Assembly: GCA_964247055.1 (NCBI GenBank)
Contig: OZ176050.1
Coordinates: forward strand, 12,028,001 to 12,092,000
Direction of reading: 5' to 3'
Source of the DNA: Paragordius varius
Lineage: Eukaryota > Animalia > Nematomorpha
Length of the DNA: 64,000 nucleotides
The notes under the pieces were generated by a model, which was not told the DNA's origin, did no database searches, and was given only the letters and a program-made list of their open reading frames with translations. This document shows, in pieces, positions 39,772 through 53,149 of the stretch (the stretch's first letter is position 1; each line of letters starts with the position of its first letter). A program made the position numbers and the translations under genes.

Positions 39772-41460
39772 TCTGAGCTAGCGATTATTTAAAAACACTT
39801 AGTCCAGTAGTGTGGATTTTAGGACTATTATCTAAATTATCTTATATCTTTTATTCTCGAAAAATGTTTCCCTTCTTTATTTATCAAAAGCTTAATCAAT
39901 AGCTTTTTGATATAATTAATTTTTACTAACATTTGATAAAAAAAAATGGTAAACAATTTAGGAAAAATTTTCAAATCTAATGTCACTCTCGTTGGGAATT
40001 AATATTTCCCCCTAAAATAAAATGTTAAATCATATGATGAAAGGTTTAATGGGCCTCAAGAAAAATACCAAAGAATGTTTCTTTTTCCGTTTCACAATCT
40101 AAGTAGGATTAGACCCATAACTCGTAATTTAAAATTTTCAAATAGCCACCAGGCCATTTCTAGTACCAATCATGGCAGGAGTCTGGACAATATTTGATAC
40201 CATAAAATTTACAAAATTTGTTTTTCCCTTTGTTCGTTCGTGTAATGGATTAAAAATTTAATTAACATTCATTGGACGGTATACGGAAAACCGTTTTCAC
40301 CTGGGATGGTCCGGATTTGTTTGTGGTTCCGGTTTCAAGACAATTGTTTGTTTCTGAGCAGGATCCTATAATATATTAAAAAAAATCGCTCCGTATTTTT
40401 CAGATTTTGGGTTTGGTTCCATATGTTTTGACCATAAGGCTATAACTAGGGTTTTTTCAAAATTTATAAATAGTCTAATGTTTTGTTAGGTGATTATTAT
40501 TAGGTTAACGGCTGGAGTTGCACAAAAGCGGTTCTAATACAACTTCTAAAATAACCAACCCTAAAACGAAATTTTTTTATTTTTGAGGATATTAGGGATT
40601 GGAACCGGAATCATTAGCTTTTCGGAACCATTTTAGAGCCTAAATAAATAATTAAAAACGGTTCAAAATTTGGAGAAGATAATTAATAATTGCTTAAAAA
40701 TATCAATTTAATTAAAAAATTTCTATAAAAAGCATGGTTTTTGCGATTATGGAATTTCATATCTATTTGATAATTTCCAAATTTTTTGTGGGCCGTACAA
40801 AATAACTCGGTTGTTGGACACCCCAACAATTAAGAAGTAACACATTAAATAATAACAATTATATTTATTTGGTCATACATACATATACAGCTAATGAACA
40901 TACATTTTTAGTCATTTTATCGAAATGTTAGAATATACAATAATAATAAGTTATTTTGATTATTTTATATCTAATGACTCTTATGCATATAAAGGGACAT
41001 AAATTTTCTAAATCAAGATGATATTGCAATTTAAATTATCCCAATAGCCGGATAATGTGATTTTTAAATTGTAACAAAATGTTTATAATACGTGTAGGTG
41101 ATTAGATTGAGCATTAGTATAAAGCCAATAAATATTCGATATTTGCATGTAGTATTTAACAATTGTTTTATAAGAAACTATACATGATCATCACATTTAT
41201 ATCTCAAAAAAATGATTGAAAACATAAAAATTTAATGTACTTCACACCCTATTTATCTTAATAAATCAATCATACATACATTTGTGATGGCTAACTATAT
41301 TAATTTATAAAATATGTGATATAATTAATTAAACATATAAGAAAGAGCTCATGAGATTTGTAGAGTAGATTTCAACTTTCATATACAAGGTGTGTTGATT
41401 GTTAGTGTATAGCTTTAGGGGCGATCGATCAAATATTGTATAGTATAGTTGTGCCATAAT

Positions 41461-44400
41461 TTAACCCAAAAAGCGAATACTCATCTTTTGTTCCACATCA
41501 ATTTTTTCTAAGGCCTATGCCCATATAAAAAATTGAATAAAGAGGTTCGTTAATACAGTAAATATGGAAATTATACGGACGAAAACTTAAAAACCAAAAA
41601 GATGAATGAATATTTTGATTTGAAAAAAAATAACCGTATATCTTAAAACTTGATTTTGGAATATTAGTTATTGTTTTTTTGGGATACAAAAGGGAATTGG
41701 AGACGTAATTAATAATACATTTAATTATATCATTTAAATTTTACGATTAAATATGGTTGTTGTCTTTTAAAAAAAACATTTATCTTTTAGTTTTGATGCG
41801 TTTCGTCCGTTTAATTTGAATTTTTACTGCATATCTTTTGAAAATCAAATTAATATATTTAGAATGAGTAAATATTAGGTTAATAAATTTTTTTATAATT
41901 ATATATATAAATTGGGTTATATATATATATATGCAAAAATTACTTCACTAAACTCCTGATACGTAATATAATTATTGTGGTCCGTATCAACTTCGGCCAA
42001 AGTCCTGTTCGCGATCCCATTAACCTTATAATATTCATATGCATAAATAACTTGATTATTTTTTTTATCGTTTACCAGAAGGCAATATATGTTATAAGGA
42101 ATGGTTTGCAATGCCAAAAAAACGTTAAATTTTAATCTATTTAAATATAATTATGGATACTATAATTAATTTTTTCAACATTCAATAAAAAACTATTAAA
42201 AACATTTATATATACAATATCAACCATTTAATTACAAAAAATTATTTAAGGACATCCTTTATATATATATATATATATATATAAATCACGGTGCGCAGCA
42301 AAAATAAATGTTTTATTAATCATATATCATTCGATGGCTTAAAACTTCAGGATAATAAATATCGAAATGAAATGCGATTAATATAGTAAGTAGAGTTTGT
42401 TAATTTTTATGCTATTAATCAAAATCGTATTATTATCGCACATTAGGTCGAATATAATTACATAGAGACAACATATGAAATGATTTTATATGCTGATATG
42501 TATTTTAACCATACGTAGAATATTCTCAATTAAAACATTTTTTCAGAGGGTTTTAAAGGACAAACAGAAATTTAAGCTAAAAAAATGCACCTCAAATTTG
42601 AATCATAACTTGTTATTGCGGTAAAGAAATTATTACAACTAATAATACAATATATCGCGTTTACAAAAAATTTATGCCTAACATAAAAAAGTTTATTTTG
42701 ATAATTTGCACCAATGCGGAAGTAGGGTATAATTTTTGCGAAAAAAAATATACAATTCAAACCTAAAATTAACCCTTGAACATTTCAAATTCCCCCTTTT
42801 TCAAATTTACCCTCAAACATTCAAAATATAACTTAAACATTTTTTAATCACGTTTGAACATTCAAAATTTACCCTAAATAAATTATAAGTTTTTGGGCTA
42901 TTTTATGATTAATATAAAGCAAAGTTTATCATTGTAGTTTTTGATTTCCAAAAACATAATTTATTTTTAGGGTGAATTCAAAATTTAAGGATAAACTTGA
43001 AATGTTTGAGAATGAATAATAAATGGTCTATTATAAATACTTTTTCCATACAATTCGATGGAATAAATCTATAGACTCAGTTTTTTGATTTAAGGAGGTT
43101 TTATGCCCAAAAGCCGGAATCAATAGCTAAAAGGGCATCAAAATAATTACTTACAATTTTGTGGGGGAAAAACGGTAAATCAAAAACTCAGATAATAGAT
43201 ATTGTTTCTGCCTCGAATTTATTGAAAAAAATGTTTATGATGTATATAAGGGAATTTTATAAAATTATACACAACTTCCGCTTTAAGTGCAAATAATCAA
43301 ATATATTATTTTTTTATATAAGGCTTTAATTATATTGTAGACACGATATATTAAATACATGAGAGTTAAAATAAAAATTAATTTTTCACCGCATAATAAC
43401 AAGTTTTTAGGGTACTTTGATGCCGAAATGCGATTTTTTAGCTTTAACTCCTGTAAGTCCTTTAACGCCCTCAAATATATACTTGATCGATAATTTTGCG
43501 TTAAGGTACATATTAACAAATAAAATTAAGTTTAAGCGTTATCTATTGTATTTAATTTATTCGACCTAATGTGCGATAAAAATGCAAGTGTTTATGATTT
43601 TTGCTAATAACATCAAAATTAATAAAACTTTTTTTAGTTTTTTACCGGAATTTATTATTACGATATTTATTCTAAAGCTTTTAGCTATGGAATGTTATAT
43701 GATGATTTATAAACATTTATGTTTTGATCCATATTTTTGCTGCCCAGTATATTTATCCAAAACGGATAAATATGTGAACATAAAATATAACAAATTATTT
43801 CTAATCCATTATGAATACCAAAAACCTTATAGTAATATAAAGGTAAATAAAATATTTCTTGTATTCCTCGGGAATTAAACCAGAGCCAATTTTAGTTATT
43901 TAATATAATATTAATTAACGGTTTCGCAAGAATTGGTTATGGTTGAATTCGTTCGCGGCTAAATGGTTTGATATTTTTTATTTTACAGAAAGTTCATTAA
44001 TTTTAAAAAAATATTAAAAGCTAATGTTCTTATAATTTTCAATTTTTATTGTTTTCTATTTTATTTTTTAAATTATGATTCTCATTCTATAATGTTGTTG
44101 AAAATTTTTGGTTTCGAATGCTTTTGAAAAGAGGTTAATATTACTACCTTTAAGGTCTTTTATAATGATGTAAAACATTATAAATTTGTATGTAGTAGTA
44201 TAAAAATATATAAAATGGGTACCTGTTCTGGTGTAATATTTTCTCCGACCATCATTTGTAAAATAGCAACTAATTCCTCTTTAGATATTTTATCGTCCCG
44301 ATCCAAATCATATAAGTTAAACGCAACTGCAAAAATATGGTTAATTATATATATATATGACTAAATTCAAGAACAAACTATTTTAAAATCAGCCCTATGT

Positions 44401-44835
44401 TAATTGTTTTAAGAAATATGATTTGAAAAAAATATATTACATCTAATTTTTTCTTCTTTATTATTGTATGGATTAGGTTTATTTTTTGAGATGGGTCTAA
44501 AACGTGCCAGAACCCGTATGAATTGTCGGAAATTAACATGTTCACCATCTCCTTCGTGTAAAAATGCATGTATGATCCTTTCAACCAAAGGATTTATGGC
44601 TAGTTCAGGAATTTTTAAAAATTCATCACGCCTGTTGTATATATATATATAAACAACATATATTATACTCCAATGCACCAGTCCCAGATTTATCCAGTGA
44701 AGTAAAACGGCTATATAAACGTACAATTTGATTTTTGGAAACTAAATATTAATTTGAAATTATATTACATCCAGTTTCTTTCTTAATATCTTCAATCTCT
44801 TCATCTTGAAGCATGTGAGTACTTTTGTTACCCAT
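41461..44835 (-). CDS. CHP1: Calcineurin B homologous protein (EF-hand, N-myristoylation-type start)
   Basis: Exons 44835-44769, 44741-44669, 44631-44441, 44326-about 44222, about 42032-41949, 41514-41461. MGNKSTHMLQDEEIEDIKKETGFSKNQIVRLYSRFTSLDK...IPELAINPL...FAFNLYDLDRDDKIS...ALEKIDVEQKMSIRFLG-stop. Confidence 0.96.
42750..43030. mobile_element. Diverged copy of the TACCATTTACAATTCAAATTCACCC MITE family
   Basis: ACAATTCAAACCTAAA at left and TTTATTTTTAGGGTGAATTC...AAATGGTCTA at right resemble the 56313-56604 copy; similar fragments near 4230-4320 and 49670-49845. Confidence 0.55.
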
Positions 44836-44965
44836 TTTTCAATCCAATATTTAAAGGTTGTAGTTAATCGGCTATCAGTTGAATAACATATGAATTATCA
44901 TTTTCACACATTCACATCATACGCGTCTTAGACGACACGAGGAATTTTTGAAATTATTCAACAAA
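44836..44965. promoter_or_regulatory. Putative bidirectional promoter shared by CHP and SAR1
   Basis: Only 130 bp between the two divergent ATGs; single CG-rich patch ACGCGTCTTAGACGACACG at 44921-44939. Confidence 0.7.
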
Positions 44966-46939
44966 ATGTTTTTATGGGATTGGATTACAGGAGTTCTCAC
45001 ATATTTAGGTAAATATATATTTTTTTAATTATTTTCTTATAATTTATTAATTTTCCATTTTTTGATGTCTATGTTTTTATATACATTTAGGTCTACACAA
45101 AAAGAACGGTAAACTAGTCTTTCTTGGGCTTGATAATGCTGGTAAAACTACATTATTACACATGCTTAAGGATGACAAAATGGGTCAACACGTTCCTACA
45201 CTTCATCCCACATCTGAAGAATTATCTATGGGGGGAATGAAATTTACAACATTTGATTTAGGCGGACATGCGCAAGGTTTGAACATATTATTTTTATTTT
45301 GTTTTTTTATTGGAACTGAAACAAAAATTTTTATTTTCATTTAAAAACTGTTTTGGAAATAATTAAATTCCAACAACGATTCGGACACTGCAAACAGTTT
45401 CATAGAATTGAGTTTTTTATTTTTTACAAGGGGAAATTTATGGACTTATTTTGTTTTTCAGAATTAAATTTTAACATTACAACATTTTTTAGCTTATATA
45501 TTTAAGTTTTGCAGCAAAATATTCATTATATTAAGTAATTATAATGTCCATAACTTTTATACGAATAAAATTCAAATTAAATCCACTTAATAAAAAAACA
45601 ACATTTGTCACAAAAAGCACAATCGCTGAAAACTTTTTAGGAAAGTTCATTGACTAAACATCAAACCCTGATTTTTTATAAAAAAATTTTTATTTAGCAC
45701 GAAGAGTGTGGCGCGATTACTTCCCTGCAGTTGATGGAGTCGTATTTTTGGTGGATTGTTGTGATAGGAGTAGATTTGCTGAATCCAAAGCCGAATTGGA
45801 TGTAAGAATAATTGAATTTGTTCATTTATTTTTATTATTAGTCACATTAGGTTGTCATTAAATGTAAATGGGATTATAATTTACTAAAGATAACGTATAT
45901 AATATTATATTGAAAATAACTGGAACCATAGTCTTGGAATAGTTTTTCAACCTCTCTTATATCGATAACTATAAATTCAAATTTAAATATTACTGCGGAA
46001 TTGGTTTTAGCTCCGTTGTTTTTGTTAAAATGGTTTCAATTTTGGTTTATGGCGTATAGATAACTTATTGACATAATTATGAAGGGAATAACCCGCGCAT
46101 AGGCTAGGTCATAATATTATATGTATCCATTTTCTGTAAATTAAAAAAAATATAGATATTTTATAATTTAAATAAAAATGAAACAATTTAAACATGGTTT
46201 ATTAAAAATTAATTAATTTGGAGCCGTTTCCCAAAAAAAAGGTTTGTAGTTCTGGTTTTGAAAAGCATTTTTCGGTATACCTGCTATATTCCCTTTTTTT
46301 CAAATATATTTCTTTACAATTTATTTTCACAATAACATTAAAGGGCCTCCTGACCGATGAACAAATCGCAAATTGTCCAATCCTAATACTTGGCAACAAA
46401 ATTGATAAACCCATGGCTGCCAGCGAAGACGAGATTAGGCATTTTTTTTGCCTTCATGGACAAACTACTGGAAAAGTAGGAATTATTTTCTCATAATGAT
46501 ATTATTATTTAATCACAATTATCCAAAGTAATAATTGAAATTATACGGACAAAACATAAAAATATCAGTACATATACTTTTTTTCAAAGATTTTTATACT
46601 ATTTTAATTGATTGCTTCTCATTGTTTTTAATTACAGAGTATGAAATAAAGATGTAAATTGATAAGACAATCAATCATGTAATATTATAAATACATAATT
46701 TATATAGGGTAAAATGAAGGTTTAAAAAAGTATGCATGTTGTTTGAATAAAAATTTTGTCCTTATAATTTTACGTTTTGTCCGTATAATTTCAATTTTTT
46801 ATGTAATTTTTTACACTTATAGGGCAAAATACCACGGAACGAAATGCAGGGGAGACCCCTGGAGCTTTTTATGTGCAGTGTTCTTAAACGACAAGGTTAT
46901 GGAGAAGGTTTTAGGTGGCTTGCTCAATACATTGATTAA
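44966..46939 (+). CDS. SAR1: SAR1 small GTPase (COPII)
   Basis: Exons 44966-45008, 45091-45276, 45698-45801, about 46344-46475, 46821-46939. [16 protein letters not shown]...GLDNAGKTT...DLGGHAQARRVW...GNKID...[28 protein letters not shown]-stop. Confidence 0.98.
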
Positions 46940-47605
46940 CTAATGTAACCATTTGTGGTCAATAATTATACATATATTGACCAAACAAATTAACAACTGT
47001 AATCTGCATCTCTCCTCTATATGTATAACAAAATTTATGAATGGAAAATTATTTTATATATTTAACACACAAAATTGTAAATATCATTGTTTTTTTATTT
47101 TTGTTCAAAACCGGCAAACTTTTCACATTCAATAGCAAATTTAGACTTTTTTTGGTTAACCGAATAAACATTTTAGCAAATTGTGTATGTTAGTATGTAC
47201 CCTTGTCATCTCATAAGCAATCAAGAATGGTTGAAAAACATAGATTCTTTACATGAATATGATTTTGTCTGCCTTAAAATGTATTATTTATCATTTTTAT
47301 TTCCCTATGATATGATAACCATATATTGCCTTCAAATAAATATTAAAATATTTATGTATAGATGTATTAAAATTAATTAAACTTTGACCCAGAAAAATTT
47401 TAGCCTAACATATCAATGACACTTTAAATCATTTCTGAAGAGCTAAAATTTATTATTGAAATATCAAATGAATATATAAACCCTTTAAGTTTAATCACTT
47501 AAACATTTCATATTTATGTCAATAAAAAAGTATATATTTTTGGATAATATAATTTTTTATTTACTATTTTTTGCCTCAAGTTTGCAATAAAAATGTTGTT
47601 TTCTA

Positions 47606-47648
<43 letters not shown>

Positions 47649-48398
47649 GGACATAGGGAATTAACCTATAAAAATCATAAATTTTTATATTTATTTTGTA
47701 TTAATCAACCATATTATATTCGTATAAAAAGGATTCACTTTAAAAATTCTCAATCATACAAAATTATTGATCATTTATTATATTAAATCGATCCATTCTA
47801 TTTTGCCGCGAACCGATTCATCAAAATAACGGTAATTCTTATTAGACTATTAAGTTGCTAGGATAGATAGCTATTGTCAAGGATTTCCTGCCCTTGATTT
47901 TTAATCAAATTATAGGAAATTTTTGTACAAACCACCTTTTATATTTTTTTTCGTACGTCTGTAATGTTGTCCCATATTATTGATGAACCAGCTTTTTAGC
48001 TAGAACCTATTATTTTTACTCAAATATATTTAATTGTAAGTAACCAAAGTAGCCGAGTCTGCGTGTTTTGGTGATTTTGACATATTGTTTTGAAAAACAA
48101 TTTTAATATGATATTATCGATGATTACTTTTAATAGCTTTTTACTCTATGGGCATATCTATTCAAATCTTAGTAACGTCCAAATTTTCTCAATGAAATCA
48201 ACACAAGATATAAATGCCAATTAATTTTATAGAAACCAAAAATATTTATAACTTACTTTATAAATTAATGTTATTTACATAAATTTTTTTTGTGCCGACA
48301 AGGACAAAACTTATGCAACAATCAACTAATCTTATAGTTAAACTGAATAAGCCGAATTTTTTTAAAAAAGTTACCACTTTTGGGAACTAATAAAACAA

Positions 48399-49071
48399 AT
48401 GCGATCATGTAGGTTTAAGCAAGAAAAGTACCATATGGCTTTTATACTTAGAAAGCATGTTGTATTACATAATTTCGCAAGTATTTTTATTATCCTAAAT
48501 ATAGGATCTTACTCTTATATGGGAAAAGATATGCCAAAACTTTTGTATTATCTAAAAAAAAATCAAAGAATACAAGGTCCAGTAAAACCTCCCAGACGCT
48601 TTGAATTATCTAATTGGTAAATATATATTAATTTTAGGAATCATGCATCCGAGTTATCAGCACTTTCTCAGAGATTAAATCTTTATTGTGATCCTTTGCA
48701 TTTAAAATCAATTATCTTACACCCTACCTTCAGCGGCTTGGAATGTGAAAAGAGCGCAAAAATACTTGATGAAATAAATATAATAAACCCTGATAGCTAT
48801 ATGTTTATCGAACTCCACAAAACTGGTAATAAATAATATCTATATTTTAAGGTAAAAATTTTCTGGAAGCGTTAACTATGATGTATTTAAGATACACTTT
48901 TGTTGATTGTCCGGAAGAGATCCTCATGTAATTTTTTAACCTAATAATTTTCGCAGATCAATAAAAGAAGAAATACTTTCGTTGCATAATACTGCAAAAT
49001 TAGCAAAAATGTGTGGATTGCGAGATTTAGTTTTGTCTCAGGTATTTAACATCGATATCAAATTTTAAATT

Positions 49072-49113
<42 letters not shown>

Positions 49114-51594
49114 TAGCGTAAATCTCGTGCTGCTATCTATTGGAAAAACGGGACAATAAAATGATCCACATATGTGGATTATTTCGAAACATTTTAATAG
49201 ATATGATATTATAGGAATTTTAAAACGGAGCATTTATACTAATATATTGTTTAATTGGGGAAAATAGATTTAAAACATTTTTTTGTGGACTTTGTTTTTT
49301 GAAAAAAATGGCATTTTACGGGGGGAGCGGGTAAAAAGAGGGCCTAAATCAAAAAAGCGAGACGACTATGTTCGGCGCAATCGTAAATAAGTAAACAAAA
49401 ATCCTATGCGAAGCTATTGTCGGGGCATTTATTAATGATTATATTTTTTCGAAGTTTGGAGTTGAATGGGTCTACCGGTTTTCCGGTACCAGATCACAAA
49501 GCCAGCATTTTCCATTTTTATAAAATTATAAAAATCATCAGTTCATAGCGGCCAATTTTTTTGGCCTTTGGTAGAAAACAGATCCAAATTTTTATGTATA
49601 TTTTGCTCATAATATTTACACTTTGTCATTTTAAATTTCTTTAAAACCTCAAATTTACTCTCTTCATATCTAATTCACCCTTAAACCCTAAAATTGTCTT
49701 TGAGCTACATTAACTCATATTTCATACATAATGTTAGTTTTTGATATATTTTAATAAATAAACAGAAGTAACCTAATTTTAGGGGATAAGTGTTTAAGGG
49801 TACATTTAACTTATAAGAAGGTGAATTTTAATTGTCAGTGGTATATCCTAAAACATTTATTATCATTATACTCGCCTAAATATTAGACAACCGTATTTTA
49901 AACTTTTTTCAAGAACATTGTTAAAAACATAAGAGAGTTTGACAATATTGACATATAATGACTTATTTTATATTTCTTAACTTTATTTGACGCCTAATTT
50001 TAATTTTTATATACTTAGGACATCCCAGATAATGCAATTTTAAGTGAAACATTGTTTGCCCTTTTTGGATGTATCATAAGCAATAACTCTACTTTTGAAA
50101 TGGATCAGGTTGGATTTTTTTACCAAAAAATTTATTTTAAATCAGAAATTAACGACGTATAAAAATTATTTGTAATCGAAAAGAATTTTATGTTACAAAC
50201 AATTCTATTTTGTAATATGAATTTTAATTATAAAGATTTTCTAAAATAATTTATTTGATGATGTTGTTTCTTATATGATATTTTTATGATTTTATAGACA
50301 TTTGGAAATATTATTGTAAACCCCCAATCCAATAACATTGTTAACGCCATGTGTTTGGCTATAGATATTGTATTCACACAACTTATTGCCCTTGATCCAT
50401 TTGAATTTTGGGATTTCCGCCATGCATTTACTTTGTGTGAATCTATTTTAGCCAAAGATTTAAACTTAGTACCTGCTAAAAACAACAATCGCAATGATCA
50501 AATAATTGAAGCCAGGTTTAGAGTTGTCATTTTTTGAGAAAATAATGAAAATTTTAATATATTTTTAACATTTTTTTACAATTAGATTAATTAGATCAAG
50601 TGGAGTCAACACAATATACCCATTATACATAGTTGGATTGTATCACAATCAAAAATATATCTCCCAAGGTTTTTACCATTTTTAAAAATTTAATTTTATC
50701 CATTCATGATAATAGTTAGGAATGATAAATCTTCACTAATTGTTGTAAAGATTTTCAGTTTTTTAATTGTATTTGACATACAAATTAAATTGTTAAGTAA
50801 AATATATGTTTTTTAAATAAGAGATGTAAAGAAATAAACACAAGCTATTTTTTTGTAAACTCACTATTTTTTTAACCCTTTTTTCGCATAAAATATAGGA
50901 TTAGGTTGTTTTTTATGGGGCTATATAGGACGTTCAACTCCATATTTTATGCCATAAAACACTTTTAATCGTATTTGGATAAATAGAAAAATTCGAATCC
51001 ATAAATATAGTTGTTATTCGAAAAAATTGCTCTTTTATTTATTTTACGGTTATTTGAATTATTTTGAATCTTTATTATTTAAACTTATCTTTTCAAATGT
51101 AATGCATAATATTTTAGTTTCTTGTTAAATTAAAATATGAATTTGTAGGTTTCGGAGAAACGCTGGAAATAGCAACTGATCAAGCAGCTCGTCAATGGCT
51201 TAAACAAAGGTTCGGATTTCACCAAATAAACATGGGGGCTTGTTTAAATTTTCGCTACGATGATGTTGTTCCACCCATGTTAATTTCGCTACGCAATGAG
51301 CTCCTTTTAACTTCAAACCAAACGCCAAAATCATTTTTACCCTCAAATTGTGAATTAAATCTTACCATTACTCCTGGCAAAAATGATGATTCAAAACTGA
51401 AACTTTATCATAATAATAGTAATTATAACTTGTTGCAAGCTCACAAAAGCATTCGCGATTACATGTCATTTCCGGTCGATATAAAACCAATCACCGTTGA
51501 TGCGGACGGACAAAATGTTTGTAAAACACGTAAATTAACACAAGATAACCCGATAACGGGTACACATGATGAGAAAATGTATGAAATTTTATAA
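48399..51594 (+). CDS. MRPL44: Mitochondrial ribosomal protein mL44 with long C-terminal extension
   Basis: Exons about 48399-48480, 48505-48616, 48638-48825, 48852-48927, 48957-49040, 50019-50108, 50299-50515, 50586-50668, 51150-51594. PPRRFELSNWNHASELSALSQRL, LSETLFALFGCI, EARLIRSSGVNTIYPLYIVGLY, GFGETLEIATDQAARQWLKQRFGF parallel the mL44 sequence as I recall it. Start codon less certain. Confidence 0.88.
49113..49530 (-). mobile_element. Non-autonomous Helitron-like element (copy H3, internally deleted) in MRPL44 intron
   Basis: 3' end ...TTTACGCTAG|T abutting a (TA)n tract; shares GGTCTACCGGTTTTCCGG..CAGATCACAAAGCCAGCATTTTC with H2 and H4. Confidence 0.72.
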
Positions 51595-52016
51595 TTACAT
51601 CACACGCTTAAATAAATATTCTTGGTTATAAATTAATCATACATTATTGTAAATTGATTTCAAAAAAGTAGGAAAACTTTTTTATCATAAACTATTTTTC
51701 TTTGAAAAGCCAGATTACTACTGGTAAAATTTCGACAAAATTTATAAATATGTCGGGCATTTTTCTTAGGTTTCAATTTAAAAATTTATTGATCTACCAC
51801 AGTGCTTCTTAAACTTTTTTAGTTCCAGACCCCATTTATGATTCCGAGTTTTTTAACGACCCCAACAAATATAAAAGAAAAATAATAGCTTAGAAATAAC
51901 ACTTAGAAATTTTGATGATAATATTTATCAGGATTATTTCCGTTTTAATAGAACGACAAAAATAAATCTACATTTTTTATAACATTTTCTGATTCATAGT
52001 AAATATATACAAGATA

Positions 52017-53149
52017 CTAGTTGACCCTGTCACGCTTCGATCTGACGTATCTCACTGATAATTATTCTTAATAATTTGCAATAAATAGAATAAATGGAGA
52101 TAAAAAAATTATAAAAACATATTTAATAAAAATGGCTTTAATTATTCTTTTACGGGTTTTTGCATAATGAAATATTGTTTACTCGAAATCGACCATAAAT
52201 CTGTGCCTTATTAAAGTTAATATTCAACCATCATTGGATTTATTTTAAAATTATCGTTTTACGAAATCATGGTTAAAAGTTTTATTTTCAAATTGTGTTC
52301 ACACAGCTAAGATCAAAGGATACAAAAATTAAATCATTTTTGGTCCCTTTTTAAAGGGTCATACAAATTCCCAGAAATGTGTTTAAAGAACTCGTACCTC
52401 TTAGGTTTTTTGAAAATCGGCTCCAACACCATTTTTGTATGGCGTCTCAGTTTTAAACTAGACCCCCACCCATAGATCTATATGGGAAAAGTGAGTTAAA
52501 TTTTTTGCCTTTATAGGGCAACTATTTGTAATCATCTTTGATACCATCGTCTCATGGATTATTCGAAACTCAACACTAAATAATCGTTATATGATGGCGT
52601 ATTTTTAGGGCATAAAGGCCCCAAATTAACGGCTAATTTAAACCCGACTATTATAAGCTTTTAATGAGCTCATATGGCTTCATAAATTTTCTGTAAAATA
52701 GATCCAAAAAACGCAATTTCTATATAGTGGCGCAGTTTTAGCGGCTATCGCTTATTAATAAAAGCAAGACTAAAATTTTTGCTTTTTAACAGGGAATACC
52801 TGGAATCCTCATTACCGCTTTCATACACTGTGCAAATTATATTGTTTTTTTGAAAAAATGGCATTCCGACTATGTTCGGCGCAATCGAAAAAGTAAAAAA
52901 AATCATTTGAAATCGAATCCTACACGTTTTCCGGAAAATTGTTTCAAAGACACGATTTTTGTGGACCTCTGATTCAAAAAACCGTTTTTCACGGAAAGCC
53001 CGATGGGGGCCCAATTCAAAAAAAGGCGAAGCTATTGTCGGGCCATTCATTAATGATTAATTTTTTTGACATTTGGATTTGAATAGGTCTACCGGTTTTC
53101 CGGAAACAGATCACAAAGCCAGCATTTTCTATTATTATAAATATATGGA
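52017..53149 (-). mobile_element. Non-autonomous Helitron-like element (copy H4, near full length)
   Basis: 3' end GTCA-GATCGAAGCG-TGAC-AGGGTCAACTAG|T (short hairpin then CTAG, inserted before T); body colinear with H2; no TIR or TSD. Confidence 0.78.

Noticed and set aside
40150-40700. GGAACC/AACCG-rich patches (also near 8000-8420, 16640-16690, 43880-43990, 45930-46260) as a defined element
   Set aside because: Probably decayed transposon subterminal repeats, but no termini or TSD could be fixed.
49490-49545. Minus-strand CTGATGA...GAAA as another hammerhead
   Set aside because: No G-C closing pair for stem II, extra bases before GAAA, no helix I or III. Other CTGATGA hits (35344, 55382) are likewise unstructured or coding.
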